DNA of 64,000 nt, taken from the NCBI GenBank assembly GCA_963744145.1, contig CAVUSO010000001.1:5280001-5344000 (forward strand). The letters run 5' to 3'. The stretch is from an uncultured cyanobacterium (GTDB lineage: Bacteria; Cyanobacteriota; Cyanobacteriia; Cyanobacteriales; CAWUOF01). The notes below the pieces were generated by a model that saw nothing but the letters and a program-made list of their open reading frames with translations, was not told the origin of the DNA and did no database searches. The translations under genes and the position numbers were made by a program. This document shows, in pieces, positions 52,112 to 60,143 of this stretch (position 1 is its first letter; each line of letters begins with the position of its first letter).

Positions 52112-52439
52112 GAAGTGATACAGAACGGTTAAAGGATATAGAAGAAGCCATTACCAAAATCGATAAATACAGTGTGAAAGGTAGAGAAAACTTTTTGGCT
52201 GATGAGTTAGTATAAGCATGGATTTTGCTTCATTTGCAGATGATTGGAGAAGCGGCAAGGTCTATGTCTGAGGAAACAGGCAATATTTACAAGTCAGTTG
52301 GCAAGATATTATTGATTTTCGCAATTTGGTTGTTCATGAATATTTCAAGGTTGATTTGGTAATTGTTTGGCTAATTGTTGAAAGTGAGTTGCCGATTTTG
52401 AAATCTCAAATTGCGTTGATCCTGGAAGAATTAAACTGA
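52108..52439 (+). pseudogene. HEPN (DUF86) toxin with an internal stop and frameshift
   Basis: [15 protein letters not shown]...LV*AWILLHLQMIGEAA, then shifted WQDIIDFRNLVVHEYFKVDL (R-x4-H HEPN motif); ATGA overlap with MNT. Confidence 0.88.
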
Positions 52440-52454
52440 AATTGCGATCGCACC

Positions 52455-52490
52455 CATCATTTCCCTTTCATGTTGCCCCCATTTCTCCCA
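52455..52490 (+). repeat. Inter-module repeat copy 3, truncated by a MITE end and IS630
   Basis: gcgatcgcacc-catcatttccctttcatgttgcccccatttctccca, then caatacggttcggttaag. Confidence 0.85.
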
Positions 52491-52509
52491 ATACGGTTCG
52501 GTTAAGGTC

Positions 52510-53701
52510 TAATACCAATTCTTGCAATTTCGACTACAGATAGTATAGAGTATAATTTGAGTAGAGTTGAAGGAAAAATATGGCAGGAGTTTATCACCTA
52601 GACATCAAGGAAAGTGAAGCCGAGCTGAAGAAATTGCTCGCAGTGGAAAAAACTGGTTCAGGAAAAGAACGATTACAAGTATTATATCTACTCAAGACAA
52701 CCAAAGCTAAAATAGTCACAGATGTTGCCGAAATTTTGGGCAGAAATCGAGTCACTGTTCGTAGGGGCGCAAGAGCAATACGCCCGTACACAAATACCGT
52801 CAAGGAGGACTGGCCAAATATCTGGGTAAAAAAGTGGGTACATGCCGACCGAGAAAAATTCCTGAATGGGCGATAAAAAGTTTAGAAAAACGACTAAATG
52901 AAGAGGAAGGATTTAATAGTTATGGGGAAATTTGTCAATGGTTATCATCAAATCTTGGCATAGAAGCCAAATATAAAACCGTTCATTAATTAGTGTATTA
53001 TAAACTAAAAGCCTCACCAAAAATCGCGAGGCCGAAAAGTACAGAACCGTCAAAAAAAAAGCTAGATAATTTTAGAAATCACTTGGCAGAAGACCTCGCT
53101 ATGCGTAGGGGCGTATTGCAATACGCCCGTACTTTGCTATAACAGTAATGGGTTTAGGGGATAAAATCAGATTTTTATGTCAAGATGAAACGCGGCTCGG
53201 ACTGAAGACGATTAGTGGGAGAAAAATCACCGCTTGTGGAGTAAAACCAATTGGTAAAGAAAGCGTGGAAATTTCAAGCAACTTATATTTATGGTGTAGT
53301 AGAGCCAAAGACGGGTGAACATTTCTTTTACGAGTTTACTCATCTCAATAGTCAATGCTTTCCGAGATTTTTAGACTTAGTAGCCGCGCATTTTTCGGAT
53401 AGTATTTTGATCATTCAGTTAGACAATCGTGGTTTTCATAAAGCTAAAAAGTTGGTAATTCCTAAAAACGTTATTTTAATGTTTCAACCATCCCATTGTC
53501 CTGAATCAAATCCAATTGAACAGGTATGGCAATATCTCAAAAAGGGATTGAGATGGGAATTACCAAAGAACTTAGATGGGTTAAGACTTTTAATTAGTAA
53601 AGAACTAGAAAAAATGAATTCAGAAGTAGTTGCCTCAATTACGGGACCAGCCTATATATTAGAGACTCTATCTGTAGTCGGCATTTAGAGAATTGGTATT
53701 A
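52510..53701 (+). mobile_element. Degenerate IS630-family element
   Basis: TIR taataccaattct.....t..cgactacagatag at both ends with terminal TA. HTH part MAGVYHLDIKESEAELK; DDE part QDETRLG, IQLDN, PESNPIEQVW. Broken by stops, frameshifts and REP insertions. Confidence 0.9.
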
Positions 53702-53952
53702 GATTTTAATGCTTTTGAGCTTGACCTATATTTTTCCTCAGCTAGCGAGTGACAAAAGAGGGATTACTATCGCTGGCATACTAGAATCCGTCCTGTGGCT
53801 GGTGATATTATTTTAATAAAGGATAATCGTTGGCATGTAAAATCTGTTGAGCTAGCAAGTGCTAACTTTTCTGTTGATGGGTGGTTATGTCTTGAAGAAG
53901 TTGTTTAAATACAGATAATTCGTAAATTAGGAAAATTGTAGTAGCATAAAAT

Positions 53953-54654
53953 TCAGCAACCTCTTAGTTTCCGAACAATAGCAAAAATTTCACCTCTCCC
54001 AAAAAAAGCTCCATAGTACGCTAGAACTATCGCATGATAGCTAGCCTCAAAATCTTCTGATTTGGAAATAGAAGTTACATAGAGATGCTGTCCTCCTAAT
54101 GGGTGGCTAAAGTGATAAGCATAGTATCCGTCATTCAGTTCGCTAACCAAAACAGCACTGTCAAAGTCTTCTCTAATTAGTCCAACTGGTCCACAATGTT
54201 TACACCTTAATAACTCATCACGTAACTCATTTAATGTATGAATCATAGGTTGATTTGTAAATGGATCATGATCTGTAAAAAAATGAGAATTGCTTTGTTC
54301 TGAATATCCGGTATATCCAGTCACGTAATATGCAAAATGTTCACAGTTTCGATGTCCCAGATGATAATCAATCCCTGTTGTCATCTGTTTAATGCGTTCT
54401 TCTATCAATGCTAGACTAGCTCCAGTGCGTTTCTCTAGAGTAATCTCTTTCAATGCACCATTTTTAGCTAACCACTTATAGCCTCCGCCAACTTTAAATA
54501 ACTCTTCTCTAAAAATATGTCCTTTACCACCCATCCAGGAACTACCATCCCAAGGTCCCCACTCGATTATCTTGTCATCACCAACATAAACGAAGAAATG
54601 ACGAGTATGCGCCAACAGCTCAACAGATAAAATGTCGCCAACTTGGAATTGCAT
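53953..54654 (-). CDS. LRAT (lecithin retinol acyltransferase)/NlpC-P60-like domain protein
   Basis: GDIL...HFFVYVGDDKII and Y.L..RNCEHFAYY (NCEHF motif). Confidence 0.8.
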   Translation of the reverse strand: MQFQVGDILSVELLAHTRHFFVYVGDDKIIEWGPWDGSSWMGGKGHIFREELFKVGGGYKWLAKNGALKEITLEKRTGASLALIEERIKQMTTGIDYHLGHRNCEHFAYYVTGYTGYSEQSNSHFFTDHDPFTNQPMIHTLNELRDELLRCKHCGPVGLIREDFDSAVLVSELNDGYYAYHFSHPLGGQHLYVTSISKSEDFEASYHAIVLAYYGAFFGRGEIFAIVRKLRGC

Positions 54655-54731
54655 CTGTCCAAAATTGCTGAATGTTTAATGCCTGTGAAAGGTATCCTAA
54701 GATTACCATAGTTTTTTAGAGAATTAGCCTG

Positions 54732-54828
54732 GGGTGCATCTCATATTTGCAAATCAATTCTCAGGTAACGAAAAACCAAGCGTTTCAGCCTCATTTTGAG
54801 CGTGTTTTTGCAAAACTGAGATGCTCCC
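54732..54828. mobile_element. 97-bp MITE with 9-bp target duplication ATTAGCCTG
   Basis: TIR gggtgcatctca..tttgcaaa / tttgcaaaactgagatgctccc; direct repeats at 54723-54731 and 54829-54837. Confidence 0.88.
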
Positions 54829-54946
54829 ATTAGCCTGGATGATTGCTCCGGTGTGGGCGTAGTTGGCGATCGCCAAAATGGAACAACAGTGGATACTTTG
54901 GGATGGCTCTACTCCCAGCGTGGTAGATGTGAAGCGGATAAAATCT

Positions 54947-55011
54947 GTTCACCGGATGTTCACCGAATAGACGTGGATGGAGAAATTTTATTGTTCACTG
55001 AACGTTTACCG
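54947..55011 (+). promoter_or_regulatory. Two pairs of 11-bp-phased direct repeats (GTTCACCG consensus)
   Basis: gttcaccg at 54947 and 54958; gttcactg at 54993; gtttaccg at 55004; directly upstream of an HTH gene. Confidence 0.5.
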
Positions 55012-55027
55012 AACACCTTAAGCTAAT

Positions 55028-55354
55028 ATGGCCGAATTAGACAGATTCCCAGTAAAAGACCTACAAAATCGCTACAACTTAGGCAGGACAGCACTTTACG
55101 AGCGTTTCAAATTTACTCATATTACTCCCACAAAAGATGGAACTCGTTCTTATGTTTCTGGCGAGCAGCTAGAAGAACTCGATAGGTTAGATTTGCATAT
55201 CAAAGCTGGTGGTAAGTTAGAAGATTTCCATCCGAAGGTTCAATCCACCACTACGGAGATGGTTACATCGCCCCAATCTGCTACAGATAACTTTGAAGTT
55301 GTACAGGTTCAATTTGGGCGAGCAATTATGCAATTTAGATGTTTTTTGAGGTGA
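55028..55354 (+). CDS. HTH DNA-binding protein of plasmid/excisionase-like type, probably C-terminally truncated
   Basis: VKDLQNRYNLGRTALYERF helix-turn-helix; SYVSGEQLEELDRL wing. Confidence 0.6.
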   Translation: MAELDRFPVKDLQNRYNLGRTALYERFKFTHITPTKDGTRSYVSGEQLEELDRLDLHIKAGGKLEDFHPKVQSTTTEMVTSPQSATDNFEVVQVQFGRAIMQFRCFLR

Positions 55355-55366
55355 GATTGTCTTCTG

Positions 55367-55389
55367 CTAGCTACTTAGCAAGTAGCTAG
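55367..55389. terminator. Perfect hairpin between convergent genes
   Basis: ctagctactt-agc-aagtagctag. Confidence 0.45.
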
Positions 55390-55391
55390 TG

Positions 55392-55769
55392 CTAACTAAA
55401 TTGTATTCGTATTTCTTCAATAGCTTCATCGAATCCTGTGTTATGAATCCAACCTACATAACCCCCAAATATCATTTTGTTTTCCGAATCTGCTAAGAAT
55501 ATATGTTTTACACCTACTGGATTTATGAAAAGTCTTACTGTTGTTTCATCTTTGAGCGTAAATAAGGGTCGCGCTCTTTTAAAGTCTCTACCATGAGCTA
55601 TAGTCATACCAGGAACGCTGAGTAACATTTCAACAACTTGTGCAGTTAGTGGAGAAATGCTAGAAGCAATCTCTGCTTCAGAATTCCAATCTGCTATAAC
55701 TTTAACTGCATCTCTTGATAGTTCAAGCGCCCCGTAAAATGGCTCTAATGGAGTTAGCATTTTCGTCAT
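55392..55769 (-). CDS. Hypothetical protein
   Basis: Open frame with GGAG just upstream of ATG 55769/55760; no recognisable motif. Confidence 0.55.
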   Translation of the reverse strand: MTKMLTPLEPFYGALELSRDAVKVIADWNSEAEIASSISPLTAQVVEMLLSVPGMTIAHGRDFKRARPLFTLKDETTVRLFINPVGVKHIFLADSENKMIFGGYVGWIHNTGFDEAIEEIRIQFS

Positions 55770-55845
55770 CTCCCAAATATGTAAAACCTGATTATACACA
55801 ACATAATTAACATAGTAGCCAAATTGACTAACCTTAACTAAGTCT

Positions 55846-56140
55846 TTGATCTTGGATGCAAATGCTCTCATTCATTTCCACTGGCTCAATGAATGGGCAT
55901 GGCTCCAAGAATACTATAGTCCACTTTTTGTGTCTCAAGATGTTTTGGATCTCGATAAACTGAAAGAAAGTACCAAGGAATCTGCTATTAAATATCTTCA
56001 GCCCTTGGCACTAAATACTACCGAAATGTATGAGCTTTACATCAAATTTAGGCAAGAGTTTGCGCCGATCGCTATTGCTGACTTTTCAACCAAGCGCGAT
56101 CGCCAAACATCAAGAGCTTATTTGTAGCACTGATGAAGCT
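55846..56140 (+). pseudogene. PIN-like domain gene fragment, frameshifted at a HIP1 site
   Basis: LILDANALIHF start; after IADFST the shifted frame gives AIAKHQELICSTDE, the expected PIN C-terminal D...TD. Confidence 0.6.
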
Positions 56141-56384
56141 TCCAATCGCTCATTTATTGATTCCTCAAATTGGTTTAGGGATAGGGACATATACTAATTA
56201 TTGTAACTATGACTACAAACAGTCTATGATATATAATCTGTAGTGCTAACTTATGAAATTGGTGTTACTAGGTTGATCAAACCCCATTCTACCGATCGCC
56301 ATCAAAAACTGTCCGAAGCATGGCTTTTACTATTATAGTTAAATAACTGTTTAACTAATCGATGTTAAGGGAGATTTCAGCCCA

Positions 56385-57518
56385 ATGAGTACCAACCTTA
56401 ATCTACTGTCACCATTCAAGCTAGGTCCATACAATCTGCCAAACCGTTTAGTGATGGCTCCTTTAACCCGGAATCGAGCAGGTGTGGGAAATGCTCCAAC
56501 ACAAATCAACGCAACTTACTATGCCCAACGAGCATCCGCAGGACTAATTATTAGCGAAGCCAGCCAAATCTCACCGCAAGGATTAGGCTATCCAAACACA
56601 CCAGGAATATATTCTCAAGCTCAGATCGATGGGTGGAAATTGGTAACTGATGCGGTCCATGAACGTGGAGGACATATTTTTCTGCAACTCTGGCACGTTG
56701 GACGAATCTCCCATCCATTACTACAACCAGAAGGTGCTTTACCTGTTGCTCCCAGCGCGATCGCTCCTGAAGGTACAGCTAGCACTTTTGCAGGACCAAA
56801 ACCCTTTGTGACACCTCGCGCTCTGGAAACCGAGGAAATTCCCACAATTATCGAACAATATCGACAGGGAGCAGAAAATGCTTTAGCAGCTGGATTTGAT
56901 GGGGTAGAAATTCACAGTGCCAATGGTTACCTACTAGATCAATTTATTGAAGATGGTACTAATCATCGGACTGATCAATATGGGGGTTCCATTGAAAATC
57001 GAGCTCGGTTGGTGTTGGAAGTTACCGAAGCTGTAACTAAAGTTTGGGGAGCAGAGCGAGTAGGTATTCGCTTGTCACCTGGTGGGATATTTAATAGTAT
57101 TTCTGACTCAAATCGAGTTGCTACCTTTAGCTATGTTGTTAATGCTCTTAATGCCTTCAATTTAGCCTATCTTCATTTAATTGAACCGAGAATAAATACA
57201 GATGCTCTCAGTGGTTGGGCTAAAAATGATGGCACTGTAGATGCTGCCCAACCAGATTTAAGTTCTCGATATTTTCGTTCGATTTTTCAAAGACCTATTA
57301 TTGCATCCGGTGGCTATGATCAGAAATTAGGTAATGCAGCGATCGCGAATGGAACTGCCGATCTAATTGCCTATGGACGGTGGTTTATTTCTAATCCCGA
57401 TTTGCCAGAGCGTTTTGCTGTCAATGCACCTTTAAATCCCTACGATCGCGCTAGTTTTTATGGTGGAGATGAAAAGGGTTATATTGACTATCCTGCACTC
57501 CAGGCACAAACAGTTTGA
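56385..57518 (+). CDS. Old yellow enzyme family alkene reductase (NemA-like)
   Basis: NRLVMAPLTRNRA, QLWHVGRISH, EIHSANGYLLDQF, FISNPDLPERF, FYGG..KGYIDYP. Confidence 0.95.
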   Translation: MSTNLNLLSPFKLGPYNLPNRLVMAPLTRNRAGVGNAPTQINATYYAQRASAGLIISEASQISPQGLGYPNTPGIYSQAQIDGWKLVTDAVHERGGHIFLQLWHVGRISHPLLQPEGALPVAPSAIAPEGTASTFAGPKPFVTPRALETEEIPTIIEQYRQGAENALAAGFDGVEIHSANGYLLDQFIEDGTNHRTDQYGGSIENRARLVLEVTEAVTKVWGAERVGIRLSPGGIFNSISDSNRVATFSYVVNALNAFNLAYLHLIEPRINTDALSGWAKNDGTVDAAQPDLSSRYFRSIFQRPIIASGGYDQKLGNAAIANGTADLIAYGRWFISNPDLPERFAVNAPLNPYDRASFYGGDEKGYIDYPALQAQTV

Positions 57519-57594
57519 GGAGCGAATAAATCGAGACTATGGGATTTCTCGACCCACTAACCAATTCTTTAATTAGGTTAATAAAAAACATTTT

Positions 57595-58284
57595 ATGGAT
57601 TATAGCAATTTACGAGAACTGTTAAAAATTAAGCAGTGGAAAGAGGCTAATCAGTTAACTAAAGAGTTAATACTTAAATTAGCAAATCGGGAAGAAGAAG
57701 GTTATTTAGACGCTGCTGCTAGTCAAATACTACCTACTGCTGATTTGGTGCTAATCAATCAATTATGGTTAGAATTCAGTCATAATCATTTTGGTTTTAG
57801 TGTGCAACGAAGCATTGTCATTGAGGTAAATCAGCAATATAATAAGGCTCTAGACCATATAAATAGTTTTGTTGGTGATCAGAGTTATTTAAAATTCTGG
57901 TTTTGGGAACAAATTTTAATTAAATATTTAGGTTGGGATAGAAATATAGCAGAAAGCTTAGAGATAGATGATATTTTGAATACTCCTAGAGGATATTTAC
58001 CTTGGATAACTATTAATATTGCTCGGAGCATCGATCATAACCAAATTAAGGATATGGAAAGAATTGGCGGTTTATATAAGTTATTAATGCGGCGAGAATT
58101 GTTGGTAGATTTTCCTGAAGTTGAGTTTTTTAAGACATCGAGCTATTCTGATAAAACTGCTAGTAAATTTATTGGCTCTATTGTTAATTCTAGAAAAATT
58201 GAAGCCCTAAAACTCTATCGGGAATTAACGGGTGCTAGTCTGTTTGAAGCTAGACAGGCAATCGAAAAGTTAGGAGATTTTTAG
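57595..58284 (+). CDS. GUN4-domain protein with a C-terminal ribosomal L7/L12-CTD-like motif
   Basis: DYSNLRELL...WKEANQLT, INQLWLEFS.NHFGFSVQ, PRGYLP; C-terminus KIEALKLYRELTGASLFEARQAIE. Confidence 0.8.
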   Translation: MDYSNLRELLKIKQWKEANQLTKELILKLANREEEGYLDAAASQILPTADLVLINQLWLEFSHNHFGFSVQRSIVIEVNQQYNKALDHINSFVGDQSYLKFWFWEQILIKYLGWDRNIAESLEIDDILNTPRGYLPWITINIARSIDHNQIKDMERIGGLYKLLMRRELLVDFPEVEFFKTSSYSDKTASKFIGSIVNSRKIEALKLYRELTGASLFEARQAIEKLGDF

Positions 58285-58286
58285 TG

Positions 58287-58448
58287 ATCATAAGAAACTT
58301 TCACTATCTTACCATCAATGGGAATAACCTCTCCTCCCATTTTGATAATTAGGGTATTTACCCAACCTTGAAAACATTGATTCAACTGTTGTGGATTGAT
58401 GAATTCAAACACTCGTCTAAAGGGATTATCTGAAGGAATACCGTTGGG
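58287..58448 (-). pseudogene. ISAs1-family transposase fragment
   Basis: Reads PNGIPSDNPFRRVFEFINPQQLNQCFQGWV...GEVIPIDGK. Confidence 0.8.
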
Positions 58449-58556
58449 TTATATTTTAGTTTAGCCGATCAATTTTTAAATGTGTTGAGGATAAATTTAT
58501 CCTCATTATTAGCTCAGTAGCTGATTAATCTAAAATTCGCAATTGAGTAATTATTA

Positions 58557-58946
58557 TCAATTATATCCTATCTTCCAACCCAAAATTTTGGCTACTTGTT
58601 CTGCTAAAGTCAAAGGATCAAATGGCTTAGTAATTACTCCTTTTACTCCGATTTCTGCAAATATTTGTTGCTCATTAGATTTAACTTTTGCGGTGAGCAA
58701 AATTACCGGGATTTTCTGGATTAAAGGATTTGATTGTAACTGAGCAAAGGTAGCAAGACCATCTAGATCTGGCATCATTACATCTAAAAGAATAACATCG
58801 GGTTGGTTAGCAATAGCTAATCTTAATCCTTCTTGGGCACAAGCTGCTGTTAGCACTTCCCAATCAACTAACATTTCTATACTTAGTTGTGCTATTTCGC
58901 GGATATCATCTTCATCGTCAATCAGTAAGATTTTTTTGTTGGTCAT
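58557..58946 (-). CDS. Single-domain response regulator (CheY-like)
   Basis: ILLIDDE, PDVILLDVMMPDLDG, ILLTAK, TKPFDP. Confidence 0.93.
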   Translation of the reverse strand: MTNKKILLIDDEDDIREIAQLSIEMLVDWEVLTAACAQEGLRLAIANQPDVILLDVMMPDLDGLATFAQLQSNPLIQKIPVILLTAKVKSNEQQIFAEIGVKGVITKPFDPLTLAEQVAKILGWKIGYN

Positions 58947-59171
58947 TATCTTTTTGCCGATGGATTGACAAAGTTGCTCACTTAATTCCAATCTAGCTCA
59001 AAAACTTATATTTTGCTAAAAAATATAATTAATTAATAGTGATAAATATTTTTTTTATAATAAAAATTAACTGATCTAAAGATATTAGATGCCCCTGAAA
59101 CTACTAACTCGCTCCAAAAATAACTCTACCCTTAATCAGATAATGGCAGATCAATTACCATTTACATTAAA

Positions 59172-59684
59172 TTATTTTTGCTCAATTGGTGCAGATGAAT
59201 TTAACTGTTCCGATTGTTCCGATTGCATCTGCACTTGACGACGTGCCATTTTAATAGTTTTTGGTAAAACTCCTACTAACAAAGCCAAAGCATCATTAGG
59301 AATCTTTCCCACTGTATCCTGATCAAAATATTCACCAAACAAAGTTAATACTTCCATTGCTCTTTGGAGTGGGACAGAATTCTGGGTGACTTTTTGAGTA
59401 GCACGAAGCCATTGTTGTCTAATTGCATAAGCTTGCTGTCTTTCTTCATAAGATTCTGGATAAATTAAGGAAAGATCAGCGATCGTAATCACTCGACAAC
59501 ATTCTAAATCAAACAAGCCACCAACAGCAGCACCAGGACCAGCAAATTCCGCATGATGATGTTTCCAAATAATTAATCCACCCTGACGTTTGCTATCAAT
59601 CACCAGTAACTGACCTGTATTAAACTGAGTTAATACTTCCGTTGAATTTATGACTATTTGAGGCAGGAAATTTTTACTTGACAT
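59172..59684 (-). CDS. Hypothetical protein with a degenerate Crp/Fnr-like layout
   Basis: AEFAGPGAAVG beta region and C-terminal HTH-like PNDALALLVGVLPKTIKMAR. Confidence 0.55.
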   Translation of the reverse strand: MSSKNFLPQIVINSTEVLTQFNTGQLLVIDSKRQGGLIIWKHHHAEFAGPGAAVGGLFDLECCRVITIADLSLIYPESYEERQQAYAIRQQWLRATQKVTQNSVPLQRAMEVLTLFGEYFDQDTVGKIPNDALALLVGVLPKTIKMARRQVQMQSEQSEQLNSSAPIEQK

Positions 59685-59733
59685 GGTGTTTTATTTAGCG
59701 TAATTTTAGATGGGAAAAATATCCAAATTATCT

Positions 59734-59937
59734 TTAATCAACCAGTTGAATAAAACCTCGACGAACGTTATAAACAACCCGATTAATAATCGCTTCATGT
59801 TCGCCCGTCATTGAATGTTCTAATAAAGCTGATCGAATCAATAAACGATCACGAACCGTAATTTTGCCAGAGTAAATTATTTCACCAAACAGCTCTTCGA
59901 GGGACATTGACCCAGGGAAACATCCATTGCTTTGCAT
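59734..59937 (-). CDS. Small cyanobacterial hypothetical protein
   Basis: SGKITVRDR...E...INRVVYNVRRG.I.LVD pattern seen in small cyanobacterial proteins. Confidence 0.55.
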   Translation of the reverse strand: MQSNGCFPGSMSLEELFGEIIYSGKITVRDRLLIRSALLEHSMTGEHEAIINRVVYNVRRGFIQLVD

Positions 59938-60143
59938 GGGACTAAGGGAACTTTCTACTCCCGATAAAATCTCCTATTACTAATATTAATCATTTTTTCA
60001 ACAGTACCTGTGATCCCCACGGTTGACCATTCGTGATACTCATCTTGCTTTTTTGTGACTTCCGTCATACCCAAAAGGCAATTATCACTATTAGGTCTAG
60101 TCATTAAGAACCTTAAAAGACACTTTACCAACGGCAAGTGGCA

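Noticed and set aside
49500..52490. Canonical integron attC sites
   Set aside because: The repeat has a GTTAAAG core-like heptamer but no complementary RYYYAAC and no overall dyad symmetry, and no tyrosine recombinase lies in the window.
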